A stretch of DNA of 40,786 nt from an uncultured Erythrobacteraceae bacterium. Its GTDB lineage: Bacteria > Pseudomonadota > Alphaproteobacteria > Sphingomonadales > Sphingomonadaceae. Shown here one piece after another: positions 1-8,051 of the stretch. The notes beneath the pieces are model-generated. The model was not told where the DNA came from and ran no database searches. It saw nothing but the letters and a program-made list of their open reading frames with translations. The translations under genes and the position numbers were made by a program. Location of the stretch: assembly GCA_950071875.1 (NCBI GenBank), contig CATMNW010000001.1:1-40786 (forward strand). The letters are read 5' to 3'. Each line of letters opens with the position of its first letter. Position 1 is the first letter of the stretch.

Positions 1-237
1 ATGCATGGAAAGTTGCATGGATTGGGCAACGTCTTCCTTGGACGCTTCCAGCGCCGTGCATTCATCCAGCACCATGGCGATGTCGCTGCCCAACGCCGAT
101 TGGATCTGCACCACCCGCTCGGGCGTCAGTTCCAGCAGGCTGCCGTCAATGTGAGAGCGGAATGCGGCGGCCTGGTCCGTGACTTGCGTAATGCGAGCGA
201 GGCTGAAAATTTGAAAGCCGCCACTATCGGTCAGGAT
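1..237 (-). CDS. tgt: tRNA-guanine transglycosylase internal fragment, joined in frame to wecB and running off the left edge
   Basis: Manual translation of the minus frame (absent from the ORF track because it has no stop): [79 protein letters not shown]. Carries the Tgt motifs TDSGGFQxFSL, FRSHxDGS and QxxLGSDIxMxxDEC. Confidence 0.85.
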   Translation of the reverse strand, partial: MLTDSGGFQIFSLARITQVTDQAAAFRSHIDGSLLELTPERVVQIQSALGSDIAMVLDECTALEASKEDVAQSMQLSMH

Positions 238-1089
238 CACGTCCCCCATTTCCTGCAAGCGCACGAAATGCGGGTAATCCAGCGGGTCGATCAAGGCGAC
301 ATTCTCTCGGTCGGCCAGTATCTTCTCCATGACCGGGCGCACATTGGGGTTGGGATGAACCGGAAAAATCACGCCGACATCCTCGCGCGCAGAGAGCGTG
401 CGCAACGCCGCCGCTATCCGTTCCATCCCCGGACCGAAATTCTCCCGCCGATGCGCCGTCACCGCAATAATCCGCTTGCCCGCGAACCGCTTTGCCAACG
501 CATCGAGCCCGGCGCCCAGCTGCGGCCTGTCGCGCAAGATACCCTGGGTGGTCAGCAGCGCATCGATCACGGTATTGCCCGTGACGTGGATCCGTGTGGG
601 ATCGGTATTTTCGGCCCGCAGGGCTGCAGCGGCACCTTCGGTGGGCGCGAAGTGCAGATCGGCAATTACGCCCGTGGCGCGGCGGTTTACTTCTTCGGGC
701 CAGGGCGAATAGATGTCGCCGCTGCGCAGGCCGGCCTCGACATGGCCGACCGGGATCTTCCGGAAATAGGCACTTAGCGAGACGACCATCGTGGTCAGGG
801 TATCGCCATGGACCAGCACGCGATCCGGCTGCAAATCGTCGAGCACCTTGCCGAACGAGAGCAGGATGCGAGAGGAAAGCTCGTCCAGCGATTGGCTGGG
901 TCGCATCAGATCCAGATCGACGTCGGGCAGGATGCCGGCAATATCGAGCACCTGGTCGAGCAGTTCGCGATGCTGGGCGGTCACCGCCACGAGGGTTTCG
1001 ATCCCCTCGGTAGCCCGCAGCTGGTGGACCACAGGAAACATCTTGATCGCCTCGGGCCGTGTGCCGAAAACGACCAGGATCCGTGCCAT
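217..1089 (-). CDS. wecB: UDP-N-acetylglucosamine 2-epimerase (non-hydrolysing), C-terminally truncated at the tgt junction
   Basis: Manual translation from ATG at 1089: [17 protein letters not shown]...[12 protein letters not shown]...VLVHGDT...GHVEAGLRS...PWPEEVNR...HFAPT...TGNTVIDAL...TAHRRENFG...FPVHPNPNV...PLDYPHFV...ILTDSGG. The expected QEEAPSLGKPV continuation is absent. Confidence 0.93.
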
Positions 1090-1291
1090 GATGCTGCCTC
1101 CTGTGAATGCCGTGCGGATATCGACCAAGCACGCCCGGCTCCGGCTATGGCCAGCCCCGCACGCGCGCGCAAGCCCGAGCCTGGGCGCTGGCGATCGAAT
1201 GGGAAAGCACCACGCAAAACCATTTTCCTACTCGTGCCTGCGTGCATAAGGGGAGGGCTTCTTCGCATTCTGACAGCAAGGAGCCCCACCG

Positions 1292-1558
1292 ATGAACGAT
1301 CGTTTCCGCAACAATGCCGACAGCCCGATGGCACCCGCCGCGCGTGCCTTCGCCGCCAGCCCTTCGGATGTCTCCGACCTTCCGGAAGCGACCAAGGCGA
1401 TCTATATCGGCGGCGCGGGCGATGTGGCCCTGCGACCGATCGGCAACACACAGGACGTCGTTTTTGTCGGGCTATCGGCAGGTACGATACTCGACGTCAG
1501 GGCCTCGGCGATCCGCGCCACGGGCACCACGGCAACCGACATCGTAGGGCTGGCATGA
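1292..1558 (+). CDS. GTA/phage head-spike base protein, Rcc01079 (GhsA)-like
   Basis: 88 aa with an AAGGAG RBS at 1278-1283. The pattern D-x-F...PA..AFAASPSDVSDL...KAIYIGGAGDVAL...AGTILDVRASAIRATGTTATDIVGL resembles, from recall, the R. capsulatus spike base protein (...ITPSDSTDL...AGEILPVRPVRVLATGTTAT). Confidence 0.8.
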   Translation: MNDRFRNNADSPMAPAARAFAASPSDVSDLPEATKAIYIGGAGDVALRPIGNTQDVVFVGLSAGTILDVRASAIRATGTTATDIVGLA

Positions 1559-2301
1559 CCATGCTCGGTTTCGGAACCTACCGGGGCGCACGCCGAACCC
1601 GGCCCCCCGCCGCCGCCGCCCCTCCTTCCGAGCTGTCTCCACGTGACGCGCTGATCGCTGCACCTGCCACTCTGGCGGTGTGGGATACGACCGAAGCTGC
1701 CTCTATGACGCGGCCCGAAGGTGGTCATCCTTCCGCGCCCGGCGATACGATCGGCACGCTGGCTAATCTCAAGTCGGCCGGCACTTTCAGCTGGACCGCG
1801 GCGTCACCCTCCGTGGCCCCGCAATGGCAGCACGGCAAAATCGCGTTCGATGGCGTCGATGACGATCTGCGGCTGCAGATCCCTGACCTGCCACGCAGCG
1901 ATCTGCACGTGATCTTCCTGCTGAAGACCGACGATGCCGCAGGTCTGCTCGTGTACGCCAGCACCAACACGTATCTGGGTGCCTGGGAAGCCAGTCCTGC
2001 GGCCAACAGCAGTGGCAGCGGGACGTATTATATCGATGGTACAGGCTTTTCCTCGGGCAGCGCGACCCGCAGCCAGATCAAGGCGCTGGTTGCGGACGGC
2101 CGTTTCCATCGCATCGGCTTCCAGATGGCCCACGGATCCACGAGCCAGTTGCCGCGGATCGGGGGATATGGGGTGCAATATTGCGTGCAAGGTGTGCTGA
2201 TCCCGATCTGCGCGCTGCAAACCACCCACAGCGGCTTTGCCGATGCGCTGGCTCTCGCCATCGCCTATTGCGATGAACGCGCGGCCGGGTTGACCGAATA
2301 G
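1555..2301 (+). CDS. Putative head-spike fibre (GhsB/Rcc01080 position) with a lectin/LamG-like beta-sandwich domain
   Basis: True start is the ATGA overlap with the spike-base stop (1555-1558), not 808; 248 aa. Short N-terminal MLGFG peptide, Pro/Ala linker (RPPAAAAPPSE), then a beta-rich domain with AFDGVDDDL, typical of phage LamG/concanavalin-like domains. Confidence 0.6.
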   Translation: MTMLGFGTYRGARRTRPPAAAAPPSELSPRDALIAAPATLAVWDTTEAASMTRPEGGHPSAPGDTIGTLANLKSAGTFSWTAASPSVAPQWQHGKIAFDGVDDDLRLQIPDLPRSDLHVIFLLKTDDAAGLLVYASTNTYLGAWEASPAANSSGSGTYYIDGTGFSSGSATRSQIKALVADGRFHRIGFQMAHGSTSQLPRIGGYGVQYCVQGVLIPICALQTTHSGFADALALAIAYCDERAAGLTE

Positions 2302-2336
2302 CGGCAGCCCGGATGCACAAATTCGCGTGCCCAGGT

Positions 2337-2400
2337 GCAGGATCGACGGGCGGCTGGAGTGCGTGTGCGAGCCACGCAGAAAACCGCCCCTCGATCCTGC
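2337..2400. repeat. 64-nt imperfect inverted repeat (three-segment hairpin)
   Basis: GCAGGATCGA(2337-46)/TCGATCCTGC(2391-2400), GGGCGG(2348-53)/CCGCCC(2384-89), TGCGTG(2360-65)/CACGCA(2373-78). Confidence 0.8.
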
Positions 2401-2430
2401 CGTTCGGCATGACATAGGTGGCCGGTTTCC

Positions 2431-2459
2431 TTTACAAATTCGGCACCTGTCACTAGGTG
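2431..2459 (+). promoter_or_regulatory. Putative sigma70-type promoter of the polysaccharide operon
   Basis: TTTACA-N17-TAGGTG about 40 nt upstream of the TTG start at 2500. Confidence 0.4.
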
Positions 2460-2499
2460 TGGCGCCGCTGGCCGACCGGGGCGGCCACGGAGAGTTCCT

Positions 2500-3606
2500 T
2501 TGCATATCTTGATGAGCGTCAACCGGGCATGGAATGTCTGGAACTTCCGCCAGCCACTGGTCGAAGCGCTTATCGCCGACGGACATCGGGTGACGATACT
2601 CGCGCCCGCGGACGAGACGGTCGCAAAGCTTGAGGGCATAGGCGCACAAGTCGAACCCTTCGCGATGGATGCAGGCTCGTTTGGTACGTTCGAGAATGCG
2701 GTGCTCGTGCCACGCTTTGGCCGCGCGTTCGGGACGCTGCGGCCCGACATCGTGCTCAGCTTTACCATCAAGAACAATCTGTTCGGCGCGCTCGCGGCGC
2801 GGTGGCGGGGCATTCCTTTCGTGCCGAACGTCACCGGGCTCGGGACGGTTTTCCTGGGTTCGCGCGCACTTTTCGAAATCGGCCGGGCGCTTTACCGGGT
2901 AAGCTTGGGAAAGAGTCCGGTGGTCTTCGTGCAGAACGAGGACGACCGGGAATTCCTCGTGTCGAAGCGAGTCCTGCTAGCCGAACAATTGCGGCTGTTG
3001 CCGGGATCGGGGATCGATACCCAGCGGTTCGCCCCCTCTCCCCTGCCCGGCAAGCAGGATGAGGTGGTCTTCCTCATGATATCGCGCCTGCTGCGCGACA
3101 AGGGGATCGAGGAATATCTTGCCGCCGCGCGCCGCGTAAGGCGAACGCGGTCTAACGCGCGGTTCCAATTGCTCGGCCCGCTCACATCGGACAACCCGAC
3201 CGCGCTTTCCGCAGCCGAACTTCAGCCCTTCATAGACGATGGCTCGATCGAGTATCTCGGCGCAACCGACGATGTCAGGCCGTTTATCGAAGATGCCGAC
3301 TGCGTGGTATTGCCATCTTATCGCGAGGGGGCGCCCCGATCCCTGATCGAGGCTGCGGCGATGGGGCGCCCCTTGGTCGCGACCGACGTCGCCGGGTGCA
3401 GCGCGGTGGTCGATCATGGTGAAACCGGCTTGCTTTGCGCCGCGCGGAGCAGCGATGCGCTGGCAGATGCGATGGAAAAGATGCTCGATCTCGGGCCGGA
3501 AGCGCGTCAGGCGATGGGATCGGCAGGGCGGACAAAAATGGTCGCGCAATACTCGGTCGATTACGTCATCGAGGCCTACCGGCAAGCCATTGCGGAGTTG
3601 ACTTGA
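2500..3606 (+). CDS. Glycosyltransferase family 4 (CapM-like)
   Basis: NFRxPL N-terminus, PGSGIDTQRF, SRLLRDKGIEEY, VLPSYREGAPRSLIEAAAMGRP (EX7E). TTG start with a GGAG RBS. Confidence 0.92.
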   Translation: MHILMSVNRAWNVWNFRQPLVEALIADGHRVTILAPADETVAKLEGIGAQVEPFAMDAGSFGTFENAVLVPRFGRAFGTLRPDIVLSFTIKNNLFGALAARWRGIPFVPNVTGLGTVFLGSRALFEIGRALYRVSLGKSPVVFVQNEDDREFLVSKRVLLAEQLRLLPGSGIDTQRFAPSPLPGKQDEVVFLMISRLLRDKGIEEYLAAARRVRRTRSNARFQLLGPLTSDNPTALSAAELQPFIDDGSIEYLGATDDVRPFIEDADCVVLPSYREGAPRSLIEAAAMGRPLVATDVAGCSAVVDHGETGLLCAARSSDALADAMEKMLDLGPEARQAMGSAGRTKMVAQYSVDYVIEAYRQAIAELT

Positions 3607-3710
3607 GCGACACGAGAAGATCAAGCGTGAACGGTCGGCAAGGACGAGCCGCATCGATCGCAGTGCGAACAGGACGGTCTGCAAACCGAGACCGGAAGGG
3701 GTTACCATAA

Positions 3711-5198
3711 ATGGCGGCATTTGCGGGCCGGAAACGCCAACGCAAGAAGCGCGGAGCAGCAGAGCAGACTACCGAGCCGATCGTGGTGGTCGCTGCGCTG
3801 TTCGTCTTCATGATGGCCGCGCTTGGCGGATCGTCGCGGTACGACGCGATGCAGCTTGCGATCCTGCTGCCTATCGCGTGCCTTGCTGCCGGGTACGGCT
3901 TGCTGAAGGCGTGGGACAAAGACTGGCGAGAGCTGCGCACGCCCCTGATCGTGCTGCTGTTGTGGACGGGGCTGTGCCTCTTGCAGTTGATCCCGCTGCC
4001 GCCCGACCTTTGGCGAGCGCTCTCGGGGCGTGGGCCGATGACGCTGGTTGCCGACGCGATCGGCGACCGCGACTGGCGGCCCCTGTCGATGGTACCCTGG
4101 CGCACCCAGCATGCCCTGTGGATGATGGCGGTGCCGCTTTCCACCCTGTTCGTCTGGGCGGCGCTCGGCCGCAAGGCCATGAGGTTTGCGATCGTCACGA
4201 TCATTGCCATTGCGCTGGCGAGTGCACTGCTGGGGATTTTGCAGGCGTCCTATGGCGAAAGCAACGTGCTGCACTATTACAAATATTCGGATCCGCGCCA
4301 GCCGGTGGGCCTGTTCGCCAACCCAAATCACGCGGCCATTTTCGGCGCCGCGTCAATGATCCTGATTGCCGGATTTGCGCGGATAGCGCCGCGTCCGCAG
4401 CCGAGTTGGGTATTCCCCTCGCTGGGCGTGATCTACTTCACGCTGCTGATGTTCCAGCTCATCAACGGATCGCGCGGCGGGCTTGCGCTGACTGCCCTGG
4501 CGCTGGGATGCAGCGGCATGCTGTTCGTGATCGAAAAGCCGCGGTCGCGCACTAAACGGGGTGGTTCGAAACTCTCGAACTTGCTGCGATCGCACCGGTT
4601 CAGCATCGCGGTGCCGCTGGTTGTGATCTCGGTTGTGCTCCTCTTCCTGCTATATCTCGCAGACCGCATGCCCGCCTTGCAGCGTTTGTCGGCTGCTGGC
4701 CCGCTGGACGATCTGCGCTTTCGAGTGACGCCCATCCTGGTGCGCATGATGGGGGACTTCTTCCCGTGGGGCTCGGGCTTCGGAAGCTTCGAAGACGTCT
4801 TCTATGCATACGAGACCAATGATGTTCTCATCCCATCCTATTTGAATCAGGCGCACGACGACTGGCTGCAGGTCGTCATCGAAGGCGGGCTGCCCGCGGC
4901 GGCACTGTTGATCGCGGGCCTGCTCTGGATCGCGCGCACGCTCATCCGATTATGGCAGTCCGGCAGGCAGGGACGGATCGCGGCCCTTTGCGGCGCGGGC
5001 ATCACAACCGTCTTGATCCTCGGCAGTGGATTCGACTATCCGCTGCGGACCCCATTGTTTCAGATGGTTGCGATTTTGCTGCTTGGGATTCTTGCCCACC
5101 TTCCTGCCACTTTTCGAGACCGGCAGGCAGGCGAGGTTTCATTTTCTCACAGAGCTTCGGCGGTTACAGAGCCCGCCATGGAGGACGGGACGCCATGA
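3711..5198 (+). CDS. O-antigen ligase / Wzy_C family multi-pass membrane protein
   Basis: Many hydrophobic helices; GLFANPNH, GSRGG, GSGFGSF, AHDDWLQVVIEGGL, FDYPLR. Confidence 0.85.
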   Translation: MAAFAGRKRQRKKRGAAEQTTEPIVVVAALFVFMMAALGGSSRYDAMQLAILLPIACLAAGYGLLKAWDKDWRELRTPLIVLLLWTGLCLLQLIPLPPDLWRALSGRGPMTLVADAIGDRDWRPLSMVPWRTQHALWMMAVPLSTLFVWAALGRKAMRFAIVTIIAIALASALLGILQASYGESNVLHYYKYSDPRQPVGLFANPNHAAIFGAASMILIAGFARIAPRPQPSWVFPSLGVIYFTLLMFQLINGSRGGLALTALALGCSGMLFVIEKPRSRTKRGGSKLSNLLRSHRFSIAVPLVVISVVLLFLLYLADRMPALQRLSAAGPLDDLRFRVTPILVRMMGDFFPWGSGFGSFEDVFYAYETNDVLIPSYLNQAHDDWLQVVIEGGLPAAALLIAGLLWIARTLIRLWQSGRQGRIAALCGAGITTVLILGSGFDYPLRTPLFQMVAILLLGILAHLPATFRDRQAGEVSFSHRASAVTEPAMEDGTP

Positions 5199-5905
5199 CC
5201 CATAAATTCGGCCTGTTAGCCTTGCTGTGCTTGTCTGCATTGGCACTTGGCGGCTGCGCGACCACCAGTGAGATCGCCGCCGCTCCCGGCATCGAGGCGA
5301 CCGATCTCCAATCGCTGCCAGCACCCAAGAGCGGTGCATACTACGGTCTGCGTCCTCTCGATTCGCTGCAAATCAGCGTGCGTCAGGACGAAACACTGGG
5401 TGGAACCTACGTGGTCGAGACGGACGGCTACATCGATTATCCTTACCTGGGACGGGTGTATGCAGCGGGGCTTCTGCCCGGCGAACTCGCCAATCGGATT
5501 GCGGCGGGCCTCAATCCCAGGTTCGTTCTCGACCCGGATGTAACGGTGCGGGTGAGCAGCGAACGCTCACCCACGATCTCGATCGGCGGACAGGTTGCGA
5601 CGCCCGGCAACGTATCGGTCATCCAGGCGCCCACTCTGATGCGGGCGGTCAATATGGCCGGCGGTACGACCGAATATGCAAAGCTCGACGACGTGCTGAT
5701 CTTTCGCGAGGTCGATGGCCGCAAATATATCGGTGTCTACAATCTTTCCGCGATTTACCGCGGCAACTACGAGGATCCGGCACTCTATCCCGACGATATC
5801 GTGATGGTCGGCGATTCGCCCGCCCGGCGACGGGCTGAATCACTTCTCCAACTGTTTTCCCTTGCCATCACGCCGGTCATTTTGATCGACCGGCTCGTTA
5901 ACTGA
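5195..5905 (+). CDS. wza: Polysaccharide export outer-membrane lipoprotein (Wza/OPX family)
   Basis: Start at the ATGA overlap at 5195. Lipobox LALGGC; Poly_export motifs LRPLDSLQISV and DGYIDYPYLGRVYAAG; SLBB-like GQVATPG...AVNMAGG. Confidence 0.9.
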   Translation: MTHKFGLLALLCLSALALGGCATTSEIAAAPGIEATDLQSLPAPKSGAYYGLRPLDSLQISVRQDETLGGTYVVETDGYIDYPYLGRVYAAGLLPGELANRIAAGLNPRFVLDPDVTVRVSSERSPTISIGGQVATPGNVSVIQAPTLMRAVNMAGGTTEYAKLDDVLIFREVDGRKYIGVYNLSAIYRGNYEDPALYPDDIVMVGDSPARRRAESLLQLFSLAITPVILIDRLVN

Positions 5906-5912
5906 GACCCTC

Positions 5913-8036
5913 ATGGATTTTGCCCCTTCGCAACACCATTCCAATGAAGCCGAGACCACAGCCGAAACGGGGCACGGTACGGGCGGATTGACCGACCTCA
6001 TCGATCCGCAGCGTCTGGCGCAGCGGGCGTTCGAGCTGCGGTACTGGCTGCTCGGTATCGTCGCCGCCGCGGTAACTCTCGCGATCCTCGCAACGGTCCT
6101 GCAAGACCCGCAGTATCTTGCAAGTTCGCGGATCGAGATTAGCCGTGTGGACGCCGGCGCGACGCAGATCGAGGGTGTGGCGATCGATGTAGAGGATCGC
6201 GACCGGCAATATTACGAAACGCAGTATGTCTTGCTGCGGTCCCGCTTCCTTGCCGAACGGGTCGTCGAGGCCGAAAACCTGACTCAGGATCGCGCAGCGA
6301 TCGAGGCTCTCGGCTACCCGGAGACCGCGTCACCGTCGGCGGAACAGCTTGCGCGCAATCTGCTCGGTCATGTTCAGGTCGAACCGATTCCCCAATCCAA
6401 CCTGGTCGACATTTCCGTCAGGAGCGGCGGAGCTGCTACGTCATCCAAGCTTGCGAATGCCTGGGCCGAGCAGTTCATCCGAGCCAATTACGACAAGCGG
6501 TTCGGCGACACACAAGACGCCCGCCGACGGTTGGAGCGGCAGTTGGCGGAACAGCGCGAACGACTCGAAATATCCGAAGCTGCGCTCATTTCTTACGCGA
6601 ACGAGAATGGCATCGTAGTGCTGCAGCGTGGGGCATCGGGAGATAGTGAAGGCGGAGGGCAGCAGACCCTCGTGGAAACCCGCCTTTCGCAATTGAACGA
6701 GGCGCTGGCCGAAGCAACCGCCCGCCGGATCGAAGCCGAAGGTGCCTCGCGGGCGGCCTCGGTCGCAAATGCGGGCGCGGCGACGATCCGTTCACGGATC
6801 GCTGAGGTCGAGGCCACGCTTGCGCGGCTGCGAACCACGCTTGGCCCGGAAAACTCCCAGGTGGAGGCAAGCGAGGCAGAGCTTCGTTCGCTCAGGTCGG
6901 CGCTGTCGAAGGAAAGCGGCATCACGGGCGCAGCGAGCGATGCGCAGCTGCGCGGTGCGCGTCAAGTTGAGGCGGAACTGCAAGCCCGATTCGACCGGGC
7001 GAAGGCCGAGTATCTGGCGCAGCAGAACCAAGGCGTACAATACGGCATCCTCGATCGGGAGGTGAACACCAACCGGCAATTGTACGACGCCTTGCTGCAG
7101 CGGTACAAAGAGCTGGATGTCGTTGGCGGCGGCCGGAACAACATCGCGCTTGTCGAGCGCGCAGAACAGCCCGGCGGCCCCTACAGCCCATCGTTGGTGA
7201 GGAATCTATTCCTTGCCCTGCTGGTGGCGCTGGGCCTTTGCGGCGGGCTTGTTTTCGCCCGGGAGATCTTCGACGATACGGTCCGCGATCCCTCCGAACT
7301 GCGGCGCAGGCTGGGGCTTCCCGTGCTCGGCCTCATTCCGAAGTTCGAGGCCGACGAGGTGGAGAACCAGCTCGGCGATACGCATTCCGAGCTATCCGAA
7401 GCCTATGCCTCCACGCGCGTGGCGATCAATTTCGCGACCAAGCCGGATGACAAGATCATTCTCGTCACCAGCACGCGTCCGGATGAAGGCAAGTCGCTCA
7501 CCTCTCTCGCGATCGCCTACAACTTCGCGCGCTTGAAGAAGAAGGTGCTGCTGGTCGACATGGATCTGCGGCGCAAAGGCATTTCGATCCGGCTGAACGA
7601 ATCCAAATCTACCGAAGGGATGTCGACCTATCTCGCCGGCCAGATCTCCAGCCTGCCGACCGTCCACAAGGACGAGTTCGGGCTCGATTTCGTCCGCGCG
7701 GGCACTTCAACGCTGAACCCGGCCGACATTCTTTCGACCTCCCAGTTCCAGATCGTCCTCGACGAACTCAGGAAGCATTACGACTGGATCGTTCTCGATG
7801 CGCCGCCGTTGCTCGGCCTGGCCGATACTCCGCAGATTGCCGACGCGGTCGACGCGATCGTCTACGTCGTGCAGGCAAACGGCAGCACGTTCCGCTCGGT
7901 TCGCCAGGCGGTCCAGCGGCTGCGCGCCAGCCACGGGAAGCTGCTGGGCGCGGTGGTGACAAAGCTCGATTACCGTAACGAAAGCTATGCCTACGGCTAC
8001 AAGTACGGCTACGGTTACGATTACAAGTCCGAATAA
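5913..8036 (+). CDS. wzc: Polysaccharide co-polymerase / BY-kinase (Wzc, GumC family)
   Basis: Two TM segments flanking a coiled coil; Walker A TSTRPDEGKS, LLVDMDLRR, IVLDAPP; C-terminal Tyr cluster YAYGYKYGYGYDY. Confidence 0.95.
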   Translation: MDFAPSQHHSNEAETTAETGHGTGGLTDLIDPQRLAQRAFELRYWLLGIVAAAVTLAILATVLQDPQYLASSRIEISRVDAGATQIEGVAIDVEDRDRQYYETQYVLLRSRFLAERVVEAENLTQDRAAIEALGYPETASPSAEQLARNLLGHVQVEPIPQSNLVDISVRSGGAATSSKLANAWAEQFIRANYDKRFGDTQDARRRLERQLAEQRERLEISEAALISYANENGIVVLQRGASGDSEGGGQQTLVETRLSQLNEALAEATARRIEAEGASRAASVANAGAATIRSRIAEVEATLARLRTTLGPENSQVEASEAELRSLRSALSKESGITGAASDAQLRGARQVEAELQARFDRAKAEYLAQQNQGVQYGILDREVNTNRQLYDALLQRYKELDVVGGGRNNIALVERAEQPGGPYSPSLVRNLFLALLVALGLCGGLVFAREIFDDTVRDPSELRRRLGLPVLGLIPKFEADEVENQLGDTHSELSEAYASTRVAINFATKPDDKIILVTSTRPDEGKSLTSLAIAYNFARLKKKVLLVDMDLRRKGISIRLNESKSTEGMSTYLAGQISSLPTVHKDEFGLDFVRAGTSTLNPADILSTSQFQIVLDELRKHYDWIVLDAPPLLGLADTPQIADAVDAIVYVVQANGSTFRSVRQAVQRLRASHGKLLGAVVTKLDYRNESYAYGYKYGYGYDYKSE

Positions 8037-8051
8037 GGGGGGCGGAGCCAG

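Noticed and set aside
1-237. tgt-like gene as part of a 7-deazaguanine DNA-modification (dpd) system or a functional WecB-Tgt fusion enzyme
   Set aside because: Motifs match canonical tRNA Tgt. The junction removes the WecB C-terminus and the Tgt N-terminal part of the barrel, so a working fusion is implausible.
1090-1291. CtrA box upstream of the spike genes, expected by analogy with RcGTA regulation
   Set aside because: No TTAA-N7-TTAA or TTAACC sequence is present in this interval.
808-1554. N-terminal half of the 497-aa ORF 808..2301
   Set aside because: It overlaps wecB antisense and the spike-base gene. The real gene starts at the ATGA overlap at 1555.
1292-2301. Prophage remnant interpretation of the spike pair
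   Set aside because: No integrase, terminase, capsid, tail genes or att-like repeats nearby. Both ORFs are intact and coupled, with a good RBS on the first.
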